DNA of 64,000 nucleotides from Azolla caroliniana (taxonomy: Eukaryota; Plantae; Polypodiophyta), in NCBI GenBank assembly GCA_043228905.1, contig JBHGNT010000034.1, forward strand, positions 226,292-290,291, in the 5' to 3' direction. The translations under genes and the position numbers were made by a program. The notes below the pieces were generated by a model that saw nothing but the letters and a program-made list of their open reading frames with translations, had not been told where the DNA came from and did no database searches. Of the stretch, positions 1 through 12,173 are shown one piece after another (the stretch's first letter is position 1; each line of letters starts with the position of its first letter).

Positions 1-174
1 GTGTCAGGTGTGGAGTTGTAAGAAGATTCACCATCCCAACAGAAACAGTTGCAAACAGATCTGAACTGATTCCAGCATTTGTAAAAACTGTTGGGGAGAA
101 AAACAGACCATGAAAATGAAATGTACTATACTAATCTCCACCTCTCACCCCATTTGCTTCGATCCCCACAACTT

Positions 175-795
175 ATTCACTCTCCCTTCATGATGTGCTT
201 TGGCCCCCTCACCATCATCACTCCTAAAAACAACCAAATTGCTTCATTCAATCCACCTCCACCATCTCGCCGAATGTCACCAATGTCCTGTGGAATTAAC
301 AACAAAATAAGTAAAAAAATTCCTCATCCCCTCATGAGCTGCTTCGATCCCCCCCACCATCATCACTCCTAAAACAGACACATTGCTTCCTTTAGTCCAC
401 ATCCACCATCTCGCCGAATACCACCAATGTCCTGTGCAATGAATCAACAAAAATGAGAAATTGTTCCTCATCCCCTCATGATTTGCTTCGTTCCCCCGCA
501 CCATCGTCACTCCTAAAAACAAAGAAATTGCTTCAATCAAACCACATCCACCATCTCGCTGAATACCACCTTTGACCTATACAAATAACAACAAAAACAA
601 GTGAATAATGGTTCCTCATCCCCTCATGATTTGCTTCTGTCCCCCCCACCACCATCACTCCTAAAAATAAACAAATTGCTTCAATCAATCCACATCCACC
701 ATCTCGCCGAGTACCACCAATATCCTGTGCAATTAACAACAAAATAAGTGAACAATGATTCCTCTCCCCTCCTGATCTGCTTCAACCCTCACACC
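175..795. repeat. Degenerate tandem repeat, ~147-bp unit, ~4.3 copies
   Basis: Motif CA(T/C)CACTCCTAAAA...TTGCTTC...CCACCATCTCGC.GAAT recurs at ~217, ~361, ~507, ~653. Confidence 0.85.
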
Positions 796-884
796 ATGAC
801 AAAGTTGCTTCAAATCCCACTACCATCATCCCGCAACATTAAAATAAGCTTCCTACATGCCGCCACCGTCTCCTCCCTGTTATC

Positions 885-3800
885 TCATGTTGTTCGCCAT
901 AAGAATGGTACTGGTGGCGGGAACAACCAAGGAGGTGGCACATAATTCCACCTAACCTCCGTGCCTGCATCTAACATTATAGGAATAGCTGACCAAACTC
1001 GTCGTAATCTCTTTCTTTTTCGAATGGTTGTGTTTCCATAGCCTTTATACCTGTCATACTCACCTTTAACCGAATGTACTAATAAATTCCAAAAAGACTT
1101 TACTTGATCCACAACGTGAATGTCTTCATCATTGTATAACTTGGAGCACCTCGCTTTCCAAAGAACCCATAGAGACAACGAGGAGACAATCTACCAAACA
1201 TAACTCCGCGAGAAGAACTTGACTCCCTGCAAGGATCTCGAAGTAGAATATACCTGAAAACTTCTTACATATAAAGACAATGAAGAATGATTATAATGAT
1301 AAAAAGCCCTTTGTTGATCCAACATTCCCCAAAAGACTGCACCCCACGTAAAAATAGCAGACCTATACTTACGACCTAGAAGCCTAAGAATTCAACACCA
1401 AAAACTTTTTGCGGAAACACATTCCCAAAATGCATGATGCAATGTCTCATCCGCAAACCCACACATAATACATGACCAATTACTCACTGATCCCCTCAAT
1501 AAATGACCTGCATAATGAATCATCAACCACCGAAAATGCAATATCTTATTCATGCATTTAATAGACCAAAGCTGTTTCCAAAACATAACCATATGAGTAG
1601 ATGAAACATTACCTTCCTCCCAATACTTTTTTCCAGCAGGTATCGGCTCGGTCTGCCTCAACATAAAATTCCTGCCAAACGCTACTGAATATTTGAAAAA
1701 AGGAAGGAGTTTAGTCGAAGAGTCAGATATGGATAATTTCCAACCATAATCCGTTGGATCCCACTGCAGGTCATCAATACGTTTAGAGTCTAACACCGAA
1801 ATATGAGATGAAAAATTAACTATTAGTGGACTAGGATCGATACATATATTTTTATCTAATCTAGCAATTACTCGCACTGGCAATTGCTTCACAGCCAACA
1901 TGATTTGAGACTCCTCATCCACTAGTATCAACCTACCATTGTCCAACACTTCATAAAAATAAATGCTACCATTTTGATCATATAACCGAGCTCCTATAAG
2001 TATATTAAGTGTCAAGAACATACCGTACCAACTCTGAAAATGATCGAATTGAAATGTAGGCACTGTGACCTGATACACCCTGGACAATTGTGATAACATG
2101 ATCTTAGCCCCTCTTAAGTTAGATAACCTATTACTTTGCTCCAGCGTAGAGGACTGCATAAACCTTATCCAATCCGCAACCGTACGAGCTGGTCCACTAT
2201 CCATTGCAGCCCATGATAACCTAGGGCGTAAACCCAAAACACATGCAACTTCATCGGTAAATAAAGGATTCCATATCAATTGTTGACGCATAAATTGATG
2301 ATAGCTTTTCGGTGGCAAGAAAACAAGCGCTTGCCGAAGAGTTTCCCATGCCCGAAAAATTCCATTGAAGAAACGCAATGATCCATCATTAGACTTAGGT
2401 AGCTGGAAATCTGCATTAAAGAACCATCTAAGACTATCCTTCCATTGACCACCTACCGAAGGCTTGACCTTATATAGATGTTGCATCCATAGCTTTTTCC
2501 ATAACTCCTCTCATGGCAATAAACTCCTAACAACATGTTTAGTAAGTAAAGCTTTGCTTTGCATAAATGGATCAATCAAACCTAAACCACCTTTTTGTTT
2601 AGGTTGTATCAGAATAGACCAAGCTACATTTGCTACAGGATTGACTAACCTATTGTTCCCCCAAATAAAATTCCGTACTAAACGTTGAACTTTCAACATT
2701 ATTGACCTAGAAAACAGCCATGTAGATGCTATATACCAAATCGAGGACAACAACACCGCATTAGCTACAACTACACGTCCTGCTAAAGATAATTTTTCTT
2801 TATTCCAATATACTAATTTATTTCTTAATCTTAACAATAAGGGTGCAATCATATCTTCTGACTTTAATCCCACACCCACTCGACAACCCAAATACCTAAT
2901 GGACTGACCTTGAGGTATCCATGTGAATCCTAAAGAGGGTACATTAACTGGCGGATCTCCCGAAGCGACCCAAAAACCTGATGACTTATCCCAATTTATC
3001 AATGCACCTGATGCATCTGAGAAATCATCCACGGCCTTTTGCATATGAAACAAATTACCATGTGAGGCCTGAACATATAAAGCTGTATCATCAGCGAATT
3101 CACAATCCACATTTGCGTTTGCTACTGGTAGTGCTAAACCTTTAATATTTACATATGGAGAATTTAAATGTATAGATAATGCTTCGGATACTAACAAAAA
3201 CTGGAAAGGAGCAAGTGGACATCCCTGGCATACAGATCTTGAAATAAAAAAACGCCTACCAATGTCCCTTGCAAATAATAGAGAACTACTTGCATTACGA
3301 TATAATGCTGAAACTCCTCGTATCCAATTACTTGGAAAACCCATCCTAACGAGTGTTCCCTCCATAAAATCCCAGTCCACTCTGTCGTAAGCTTTTTCAA
3401 AATCAAGAAATAACACCGCCAGATCTTGCTTCTGCACTTCAGCGATGGTCACCATTTCCCAAAAGAGAATAATATTATCAAAAATACTTCGCTCTTGCAA
3501 AAAACCTGTCTCGGTATCATGAATCAACTCCGAAAGATAAGGTTGTAACCGTCTAGCTATCGTTTTTGCTAATATCTTATAAATAACATTCAACAAGGTA
3601 ATTGGTCTCCACTGGCTAAGCTCTTCTAACTGTCCACTTGTTTTAGGAATCATATAGATTAAACCCTCCTTCCATTCTTGGGGCATATTTCCAGAATCTA
3701 AAATTTGTTGATAGGCCTTAGTCAGCCCATCACCTATCAAATCCCAATACTGGATATACCATTGAACTCCCAGGCCATCCACACCAGGACAAACATCCTT

Positions 3801-4028
3801 TGCAAGGGCTTTTATTGCTTTAAAAACCTATTGAGTACTTAATGGTTGTAAAAGACAACGTAAAAGATTTCCAGAAACCCTATTCTGAACCCTAGACCAT
3901 ATAATGTCCCTCTTAACCATATCAACCTCAGAAAATGGTCTAGCTTTTAACAAAGCTTCATAATAATCAGAGGCTATTTGTCGCATCTGGCTAGGATCCG
4001 TGGTATAAGAGCCATCAGGACATCTTAT
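885..4028 (-). mobile_element. 5'-truncated, decayed L1-clade LINE (ORF2: RT + C-terminal zf-RVT zinc finger)
   Basis: Split ORFs 2511-3782 (WRPITLLN, LDFEKAYDRVDW, QGCPLAP, FADD, YLG), 1392-2486 (CIMCGFADETLHHAFWEC) and 885-1178. Upstream frame with a stop reads IRCPDGS...FKAIKALAKDVCPGVDG. No endonuclease domain and no clear poly(A). Confidence 0.9.
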
Positions 4029-4029
4029 A

Positions 4030-4545
4030 TAAGTAGGTAGGCTGCGTAGGGGATTGAAATCCCTGCAACATTTGCAAGAGAGAAGACCACATTCGAGTTA
4101 TATAAGTGCTCGAGTGGTTCAAGTAGGGAATCAAATATTGGACTTACAAAAGATTTCTGTTGATTTTAACTATCACAATACATCATCCACATGGGCAGAA
4201 TCGGGAGATAAAGTCAACAAGTTGTTCTTTGCAGTGCATAATCATCATAAGTCATCAGCTAGGATATCTAGATTGAGGTGCCGATAAAAGTTCTCAAAAC
4301 TATGGAAGATTTAGAGATTTCTTGATTGTCCTTAGGGTTTGCTGGTGTATGACAGATTCCATCTTCTTATTGTCCATATAAGTTCTGTTGCGAGATATGA
4401 TGAAGCCAACCAATAAATAATACATGCCATGCTTGCAAAGTTTGACAATGAAACATATTGAATTGTATTTGGTAAGGTGATATAAGTAAGGTTCATGAAA
4501 TATGATAGAAGGATGCCATCCAGAATATGTCCGCCTTGACATCCT
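4030..4545 (+). mobile_element. Fragment of a second, older LINE ORF2 (EN-RT linker), opposite orientation
   Basis: ORF 4054-4287 has the WAESGDKVNKLFF motif (W...GD...K.FF). A broken frame near 4510-4545 reads KDAIQNMSALTS, equivalent to the ..AI..M...KSPG segment preceding RT. Confidence 0.6.
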
Positions 4546-4919
4546 TAATCCTTACCAAGGGAGGGAGGGAGACATAGAACCAACGAACGAACGAACGAAC
4601 CATTTCTCTCAGTTAAATCCGTCTCATATTACTCTTCGCCATCGCCATCGCCTCCGCCCGTTTGGGTTTTATATTTAGGCTCTCCGTCCCTCCCTCTCAC
4701 AGAATCTGCTCTTCCTCGCTGTCCTGCTTTCATGCGGGGTACTCTTCTGATCTCGATACCTCCATAGCCTTTTTTTCTCTCTTCTTTCCTTCATACCTTC
4801 TTCTTTAACAGATCCCTGCACTGGCAGCCTTGCAGATCTATATATCAATCGCGAGGAGATGCAGCTTTGATTTCCCACTTCGTCTCTGAATCATCAGTCA
4901 AAGTCTTTACCTCATCAGC

Positions 4920-7900
4920 ATGGACGCCATCCGCAAACAAGCGAGTAAGCTGAGGGAGCAGGTGGCCAAGCAGCAACAGGTATATTCATCACTCACAGAG
5001 AGAAACAGAGAGCTGATCTCAACAATAGAAGAAATAAAAAAGAATGCCCTTGATCTCCTGTCTTGTTATCATAGATCCAGGACATCTAGGCTTTAAGGAC
5101 CACTTGTGATGGGATTCTTTCTGATTTGATATAAGTATGTGAAAAGCCAAGTAGATCATGGTAGATTCCATTTCTTGAGAGGGCTATCACCTTCATACAT
5201 GCTGTGTAATGTAACCATCACGCGTAACACTGATCTTGACCCATGAATTAAATAGAACTTGCAAGAGCTGCTCTAATTCTGCTATTCCGTTTCCATTTTA
5301 CGTGGTTGTGCATGCGGTTTTCTTTCAAAAAAAGGAAGGAAAAGAAAAGTAAAGAAAAGAAAATAATGTGGTTTGAGGGTAGTTGCATCAAGAATGCAGT
5401 AACACTATCTGGTGTTTGACATTTCAGGCTGTGCTGAAGCAATTTGCGGGTTATGGGGGTTCACAAGGAGCAGATGTCATTCCGGGGGAGACTGAAAGCC
5501 AAAGACACCAGCAGCTGGAAAGGCTGTACATTTCTACCCGATCTGGCAAGGTCTTGTTGTTTTAGAATTGTACTGAATACAGCAAAGGCACCCTGGGATC
5601 TACGAGATTATTGATTTTCTATCCAAGTTAAAAAAATCTGGTTACCATTTCTCTTAATATTATTTATATGTGCAGCACTTTCAAAAAGACATAGTTAGAG
5701 GAACTGAAGGCTTCATATCTGCTGGCTCGAAACAGCTTGAAGCTTGTACGTTCTTAATATTTATCGATATCTGGTTCTTTCTTCTGTTTATCTATATACT
5801 ACCAGTAAAGGAGATGCTGCTTTTGCATGCGTGCCTGAGAACATCATGCAAAAACTTTGATTGACCTACTTGACAGTTGAAATTATGAAACTTTAGTTCT
5901 GATCACCTGAGTATTAACACGTGTCATTATGCTTTCAAAGAAGTACTAGACAAATGAGCAAATGCATATTTCATCTTCTTTTTGCGTGAAGTAGAAGAGG
6001 TACATAAAGGCACTTTCTGCTTCTACAAGCTTGGATGTTTGACTACTTGGAATGGCAGGTACAAAATTAGCTGAAGATTGTTGCAAGTATGGGCTAGAAG
6101 GACCAAATCTTACTGGGGCTCTTGCACGGGCTTCCAATGTCTTTGGAAATGCAGTGCTTCAGATGGAGAAGGAGCGCGAGATACTGCACCGGTCCCTTGG
6201 AACTCAGGTTACTTAAGTTATTAGTTCTTTGTTAATCTAAATTTTTTGCCTTATACAGACTGTGGAGGGAGTCCTGGTGCTGAATCTGAGATCTGAGGCT
6301 TACATTTACATTGTTATTCTCTGAGCAGATAAATTTTTATATAGAATGGTTTCAGAAATAGCTTTATAGTCTTTTGACCTGCTATTCACATCACTCCTCC
6401 CTGTTTCTATTGTCCATTCAATTTCTAGTGAGTGCTATTGAGATATGGGATAATGATTGCTGTTTGGCTTTCTCCCATGAATTGACTTTCAATTTTGCAG
6501 TGATTTAGCACTGTTTGCTTGCAATATCTTTCAATGATGCTTCAAAATAGTTATTTATTTTATTCATGAACTCTAATCTTCTTCTTCCAGGTTGCAGAGC
6601 CTCTGCGTGCCATGGTAATGGGGGCTCCATTGGAGGATGCACGCCACCTTTGTCAACGGTATGATCGCCTACGTCAGGATGCAGAAAATCAGGTTCTGTA
6701 TCATCCAACAGAAAACTAGTTCTCTTACACAGCATGAGACTAATGGTAAATGATATCGGTGGAAATAGGCAATGGAGGTGTCCCGGAGGAAGTCAAAAGA
6801 AGCAGGTGGAAGTATTGAGAATACCTACAAATTGCAAGCAGCAGAGTCGAAGTTAGCAGAACTTACATCAGCTATGATGACAGTGGGAAAGGAGGCAGCA
6901 GCAGCCATGGTTGCAGTTGAGGCTCAGCAGCAACGCCTTACTCTTCAACGGCTAATTGCTATGGTGGGATTTAGAATTCAAAAATTTGTACGAAATATCA
7001 ATTTAGAATTGCAAAGAATTTTATCCGGGGCCATTGTTCTTGCATCTTGTGACCGGCCACTTAAACCCTTGAAATTTAGAATTCAAACTTTTGTGTTTGT
7101 TTGCTTTCACTTAAGAAGGTATATAGTGCACCTATATATTTTGGGTTTGTATGTACGTTTATCTATATAGGCACGAAAACGTATTCGTGTGCATAGAAAC
7201 ATTTTCTATCTCATTAAACCCTAAACCCTAAACCCTAAACCCTAAACCCTAAACCCATATACCTTATTTCTGTGGTTCTTTGTGTCCATATGTTTGTAAC
7301 CCCACATTTTACATTCTGAATATATCTACATTCCTAGAACATATTGACCTGAATTGTTGAATCTGGATAGTTTGGGCTAGAATCACGAAGAGCACTTCTT
7401 GTGCACTCCGTCTCTGATATAGAACACATCATATGTGGCAATATTTACATTTTATTCTCGTGTCGATAATGCAAGTTTACCACGATACCACAATGCTTTT
7501 GTGTAGGTTGAAGCTGAACGATTATATCATCAGCGTACTTCGGAAATTCTTGATCAATTACATGTGCAGGTAGTCTTGAACACAGGTTTTCACATCTGTG
7601 CCCTTATGACTTAAAAGATCTGAGTGCTTATTATTATTTAATTATTATGTAAGCTATGATCCTTCTTAAATAATGCATGTTGAGGAAAGTTATTATGTTG
7701 ATGGTTCTGTCATTTCTATTTTACTAACAATATGCAATCCCAAAATGTTCAGATGGTTGCAGAGCGTCAACGTAGTGAAGTAACTCCATCCATTTCTGCA
7801 TTACCTGATTCATATGTGCCACCTCCTTCCTATGATGAAATCAAATCAAATGGCTTTGATCATACTTCTGCAGCAACTGCAACACAGAAAGCAATGTATT

Positions 7901-9268
7901 TCTTGGCAGAGGTACAACATGCTTGAATACTGTTTCTATAAAGTGATATTGTGGGGTCCATGTTTGCGTTTGCAGAAATCAGAAAGAAAGTATGAGAATT
8001 TCTTTCTGGTTTTAATAAAAGTAGTCCATAACATGTATTATGCTTATTTGACCTCAGAGAGTGATACAAAATTTGTCCAACAGCTTGATGATGTGTGCAT
8101 TGAAATGCAGGTCATTCACTCTTTTGAAGGTGAGGCACCTGGAGAGCTGTCTCTAGTGGCTGGTGACTATGTTGTCGTTCGCCAGGTGTGACATTCATTC
8201 TCTTCTTAATTTTGTAGTTACTGAGGATCAAACTTCATGCGTGAAGGAAATGCATTAGGCAGTTTTTTGTGGCAAAGATTAAGCTTGGCACTGCTAGGTA
8301 TTGATGCCAATGTATGCAATAATTTTTTTATTAAAGTTCAAAAGGCTCTAGTATATTGTAACTCTAGAATGAGTCATGGGCTGATGCTTGCGTTCAGATC
8401 TCTAAATCTTGAAGTTAAGAGATGCCATGCAATTGTACAACTCTACACGCGTGTCTATGATTTGGTATACGTGCCATCTATTTTATAGTGGCAAACCATA
8501 TACTTGCCATCAATTTTATATCTCCTTACTCCACTGTACTTCAGAGCAATTACCTTTATTGTGGTGACAGTTATCTGTTGAATATAAATGTTCTCGATTT
8601 GAATATCCTTCTATGTAACTAGATGCTTGCATTGGATGGTTGTGGTCCCTAGCTTGATTTTGTTGAGTAATTGCATTAGGTCAATAAAGTAAAGGGTGAA
8701 GGCTATTTATTTCCTGCTGATATCCTTTCTCCCTGCAGCTTCCAAACGTGTATATCCATAATCAATATGCCAGCCCAACTGTGTCCAATTGTGTAGAGAG
8801 AGAGAGAGAGCAAGAGAGGCGAAGGCTATTTATTTCCTGCTGAACATGTACATCCATAATCAATATACCAGCCCCTTCACCTATTTATTTCCTGCTGATA
8901 TCCTTTCTCCCTGCAGCTTCCAAACGTGTATATCCATAATCAATATGCCAGCCCAACTGTGTCCAATTGTGTAGAGAGAGAGAGAGAGCAAGAGAGGCGA
9001 AGGCTATTTATTTCCTGCTGAACATGTACATCCATAATCAATATACCAGCCCCTTCACCTATTTATTTCCTGCTGATATCCTTTCTCCCTGCAGCTTCCA
9101 AACGTGTATATCCATAATCAATATGCCAGACCAACTGTGTCCAATTGTGTAGAGAGAGAGAGAGCAAGAGAGGCGAAGGCTATTTATTTCCTGCTGAACA
9201 TGTACAATCAATATACCAGCCCAACTATCTCCAACTGTGTATAGAGGGAGGGGGAGGGAGAGGAGAGA

Positions 9269-9300
<32 letters not shown>

Positions 9301-9450
9301 AATGTCTGAGGGTGATTTGAATAGGTTTCCCCAACTGGGTGGTCTGAAGGAGAATGCAAAGCCAGGTGTGGTTGGTTTCCATCATCACATGTGGAACGAC
9401 GGCAACGAGCACCAGCAAGTAAAGTAGTCGAGGCTGGTTCAATTTTGTAA
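4920..9450 (+). CDS. SH3P2: Plant SH3P-family protein (N-terminal BAR + C-terminal SH3), ~373 aa, 10 exons
   Basis: GT-AG exons 4920-4979, 5428-5550, 5676-5745, 6059-6207, 6591-6692, 6769-6963, 7507-7569, 7753-7911, 8111-8185, 9325-9450 (1122 nt, in frame). MDAIRKQASKLREQVAKQQQ...GAPLEDARHL...QQQRLTLQRLIAM...GELSLVAGDYVVVRQVSPTGWSEGECKARCGWFP. Family is certain; the paralogue assignment (SH3P2-like) is tentative. Confidence 0.93.
7215..7256 (-). repeat. Interstitial plant telomeric repeat (TTTAGGG)6 in SH3P intron 6
   Basis: (TAAACCC)x6, perfect. Confidence 0.95.
8697..9245. repeat. Near-perfect tandem triplication, 178-bp unit, in SH3P intron 9
   Basis: CTATTTATTTCCTGCTGATATCC at 8703, 8881, 9059. 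Each unit has two related sub-repeats and a (GA)n tract. Confidence 0.9.
9271..9300. repeat. (TTGA)n microsatellite
   Basis: TTGATTGATT... ~7 units. Confidence 0.9.
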
Positions 9451-12173
9451 GGCTTCTTGTGGTGTTACATGGGCTTGCAAAGACGAGGTCATGCCGTATT
9501 CACTGTCATTCGAAGGAATTGCACTCTTTGCATGTAGGATCCTTTTTTCTATTCCATTGTCAAGTTTGATTGTTGATGGATGCAATGCAATTACAAGGCG
9601 CTAATTGCTTTTTTATCGTGCACACATGATGATTCATGGGTGATCGATGGGGCACATTAGATTTTGGTGGGTGCCACTGCCATTTTATGCTCTTAGCATA
9701 TCCAATAGCTAAGACGTGAAAGGGGACAACTATCGCTAATCTTGTATTAGTGTCACATTAACTATGACATCATCTTGAAAAATATAGTATTGTTTCTATG
9801 TATTGTTAGCCGCATTCTTACAATTAAAGAACAGAAGTTTGAGTTAGTATATTCCAGGAGGAAATTAAGATCCAGAAGATGGTTCCAACAGAGCTATATA
9901 TCTCAAATGGTTTTGTTTGGTTTGCAGCTTCCTCATGCATGTGTACAAATCTTATTTGATCAGCTATTGTTAGTTGCTGTGCTTATTTGCTTCTAGAGAC
10001 TGAGCCCTGGCAACTAAATAATTGTCCATTACTGGTTCCTATCAAATGAATTATCAATACTAGGTATTATGTCAGAATGGTAGGCACTGTATTTATGTTT
10101 ATGGGCTAAGGCAAGGTGCCATCCTGTTAGTCAATGCTCGGCATAATTCTTCTCTTTGTTTTAGACTCTTAGGAGAAACAATCAAGTCCCATAAAGATAG
10201 GGATGTACATTACTGTCAGTGAGATTCCACTCATTATTTTGATGTCAGGTTATGAATGTTCAGTTTTAAAGCGTGCGGCAGCATTTGATATGTTTCTTTG
10301 GTGTAAGCAAGCATTTGGCATGCTATGATTATGGTCAAATTTTGTAGGTTTTACGCATCTAAGTTGTTAAATCATCTCTACTGGTTGATGCGTTAGTATT
10401 GATTGTCATTCGTTTGATGAGGGGTTGATAAGTACCTCCCATCCCCATTCTATCTGATAACTAGCTCCCTTCTCATTCCGTGTGCAGGATTTTTGTAGTT
10501 CCTTGTGATGTGTTGGTGGGATTCTTCTTTTGCACTAACAACAATTGAGAAGGCCCTCCTAGTCTTCCCCTCTTACTAGAATCATCTAACCACCAACAAT
10601 TATCGCTACCATTATCGTCCTAGATTAGGTGATTGGTAAATAATCTACCAATGTGCTTATCATATTTGCATTACAATACTTCAAAGGGATGGAAGAAGTC
10701 TCTATCAATTTGTCTCTAGTTGACAGAAAATATTTCTTATTGATGTGGAATTGAGTTTCAACTTGAGCTTTTCCCCCTAAACAGGAATGGCAAAATCTTT
10801 CATATGTTATCTATTAGTTATCTTACAAAAGGAAGGTTTACAGGTGCTGAAAACAGGGTATATCGATTAAATGAAGGTTTTCCCTCTTTGGGGATCTCCA
10901 AGCCCGCGTGCAAATAGGGATTATTCATGTGGTTAAAGCAAAACTCCTTTGTATAAAAAAGCTTGAACACACACCAAATCCAAACTTATACAGTTAGAGT
11001 GATATTGCATTTACAAACTAGCCGTTGTGAGAAGCCATTCCTAAAGTGCAAGGTTGTTTGAATGAGTAATCTCATTTTTAGGTGTCTTTGTCTCTTTTGT
11101 ACATGTACATTTATTCATGTGGCTGAAAGTTAATTCTGTACTGTGTACTTCAATGTAACAATGAAGGAAACTTTTTATGGTTAATTGATGGTATATTTCC
11201 AAACTTTTAATTGTAAAATCCCTCTACCCAACAATGATATCTCTAAAGCTTAGTCATGATGCTATATAACTAAAGGAGTGTTAGTGGTCAAATGGAATGT
11301 ATGTTATTTGGTAATAGGTCAAAAATGTAAAATGATAGGGTACATTTAGTGGGTAGTTGGGTAGGAAGTAAACACACCTTTCAAGCATTTGTAAATTGCC
11401 CTTTATGGGTAAGAATTCCATCATTGCCATGGAAGACTTTCATAGAATACGTCTCATGTTCAACAAGTCTCCGAAGAAGTCAATGGTGCGTGACAAATTA
11501 AATTGACATCCATGGCATAATTATTTGATTGAAACCATATTCATTCCCTGGTTTTTGGGGACTTCAATGGGCTCCTTGTTCATACATCCCTTTTAATGCA
11601 TGTAATGTACCACCTAAAGTTACATGTTTTCAGATCAAGATTGAAACTCTTAACATTATGTACTCAAAGCAATTCGGAAAGCCCAATGCATTCCTCACCA
11701 TCCATCACCCACGCCCCCTTCCTCCAAAAACTTTGGATAGTATGATGAGCATATATAGTCAAGGAATTAAATCAGTCATATTAAAACATCCGTGCAACAC
11801 ATGTGAAGTGTAGCTCGTAGCATGCACACTCACAAAATTTGCTGAATTTACATCATGTGTCCACGGCCATCCCACCCCCTTCCTCTCTTGTTTTGTTATT
11901 CGGTGTTTGTGTTTGAAATCTGTTCCCATCCTATTTTGGTCATGGAAACCAACCGGGACTTTTAACTGCTTCTGCTGCTACTCCAAACCTTCCAAAGTCT
12001 CTTTCGTGTCAATGGAAGGATCTTAATGATAATCTCATACCCAGAAACTAAAACCTGTCGAAGATGTGAAGCGACACAGGAGACAGAGGAAACAGAGGGA
12101 GCGAAGATCGTCGCCCATCGCCACCTGTTTTTTCATTTTCTCTACCAGAAGTTTCCGATACCGCTTAGGCTTC

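Noticed and set aside
4030-4290. Twin-priming 5' inversion of the minus-strand LINE
   Set aside because: The + fragment continues past the junction into sequence covering the same ORF2 region (KDAIQNMSALTS versus FKAIKALAKDVC) with a different sequence, so it is better explained as a separate older LINE
9500-12050. Short ORFs between the two genes (9775-9996, 11529-11813)
   Set aside because: No motifs or convincing splice pattern; treated as UTR or intergenic
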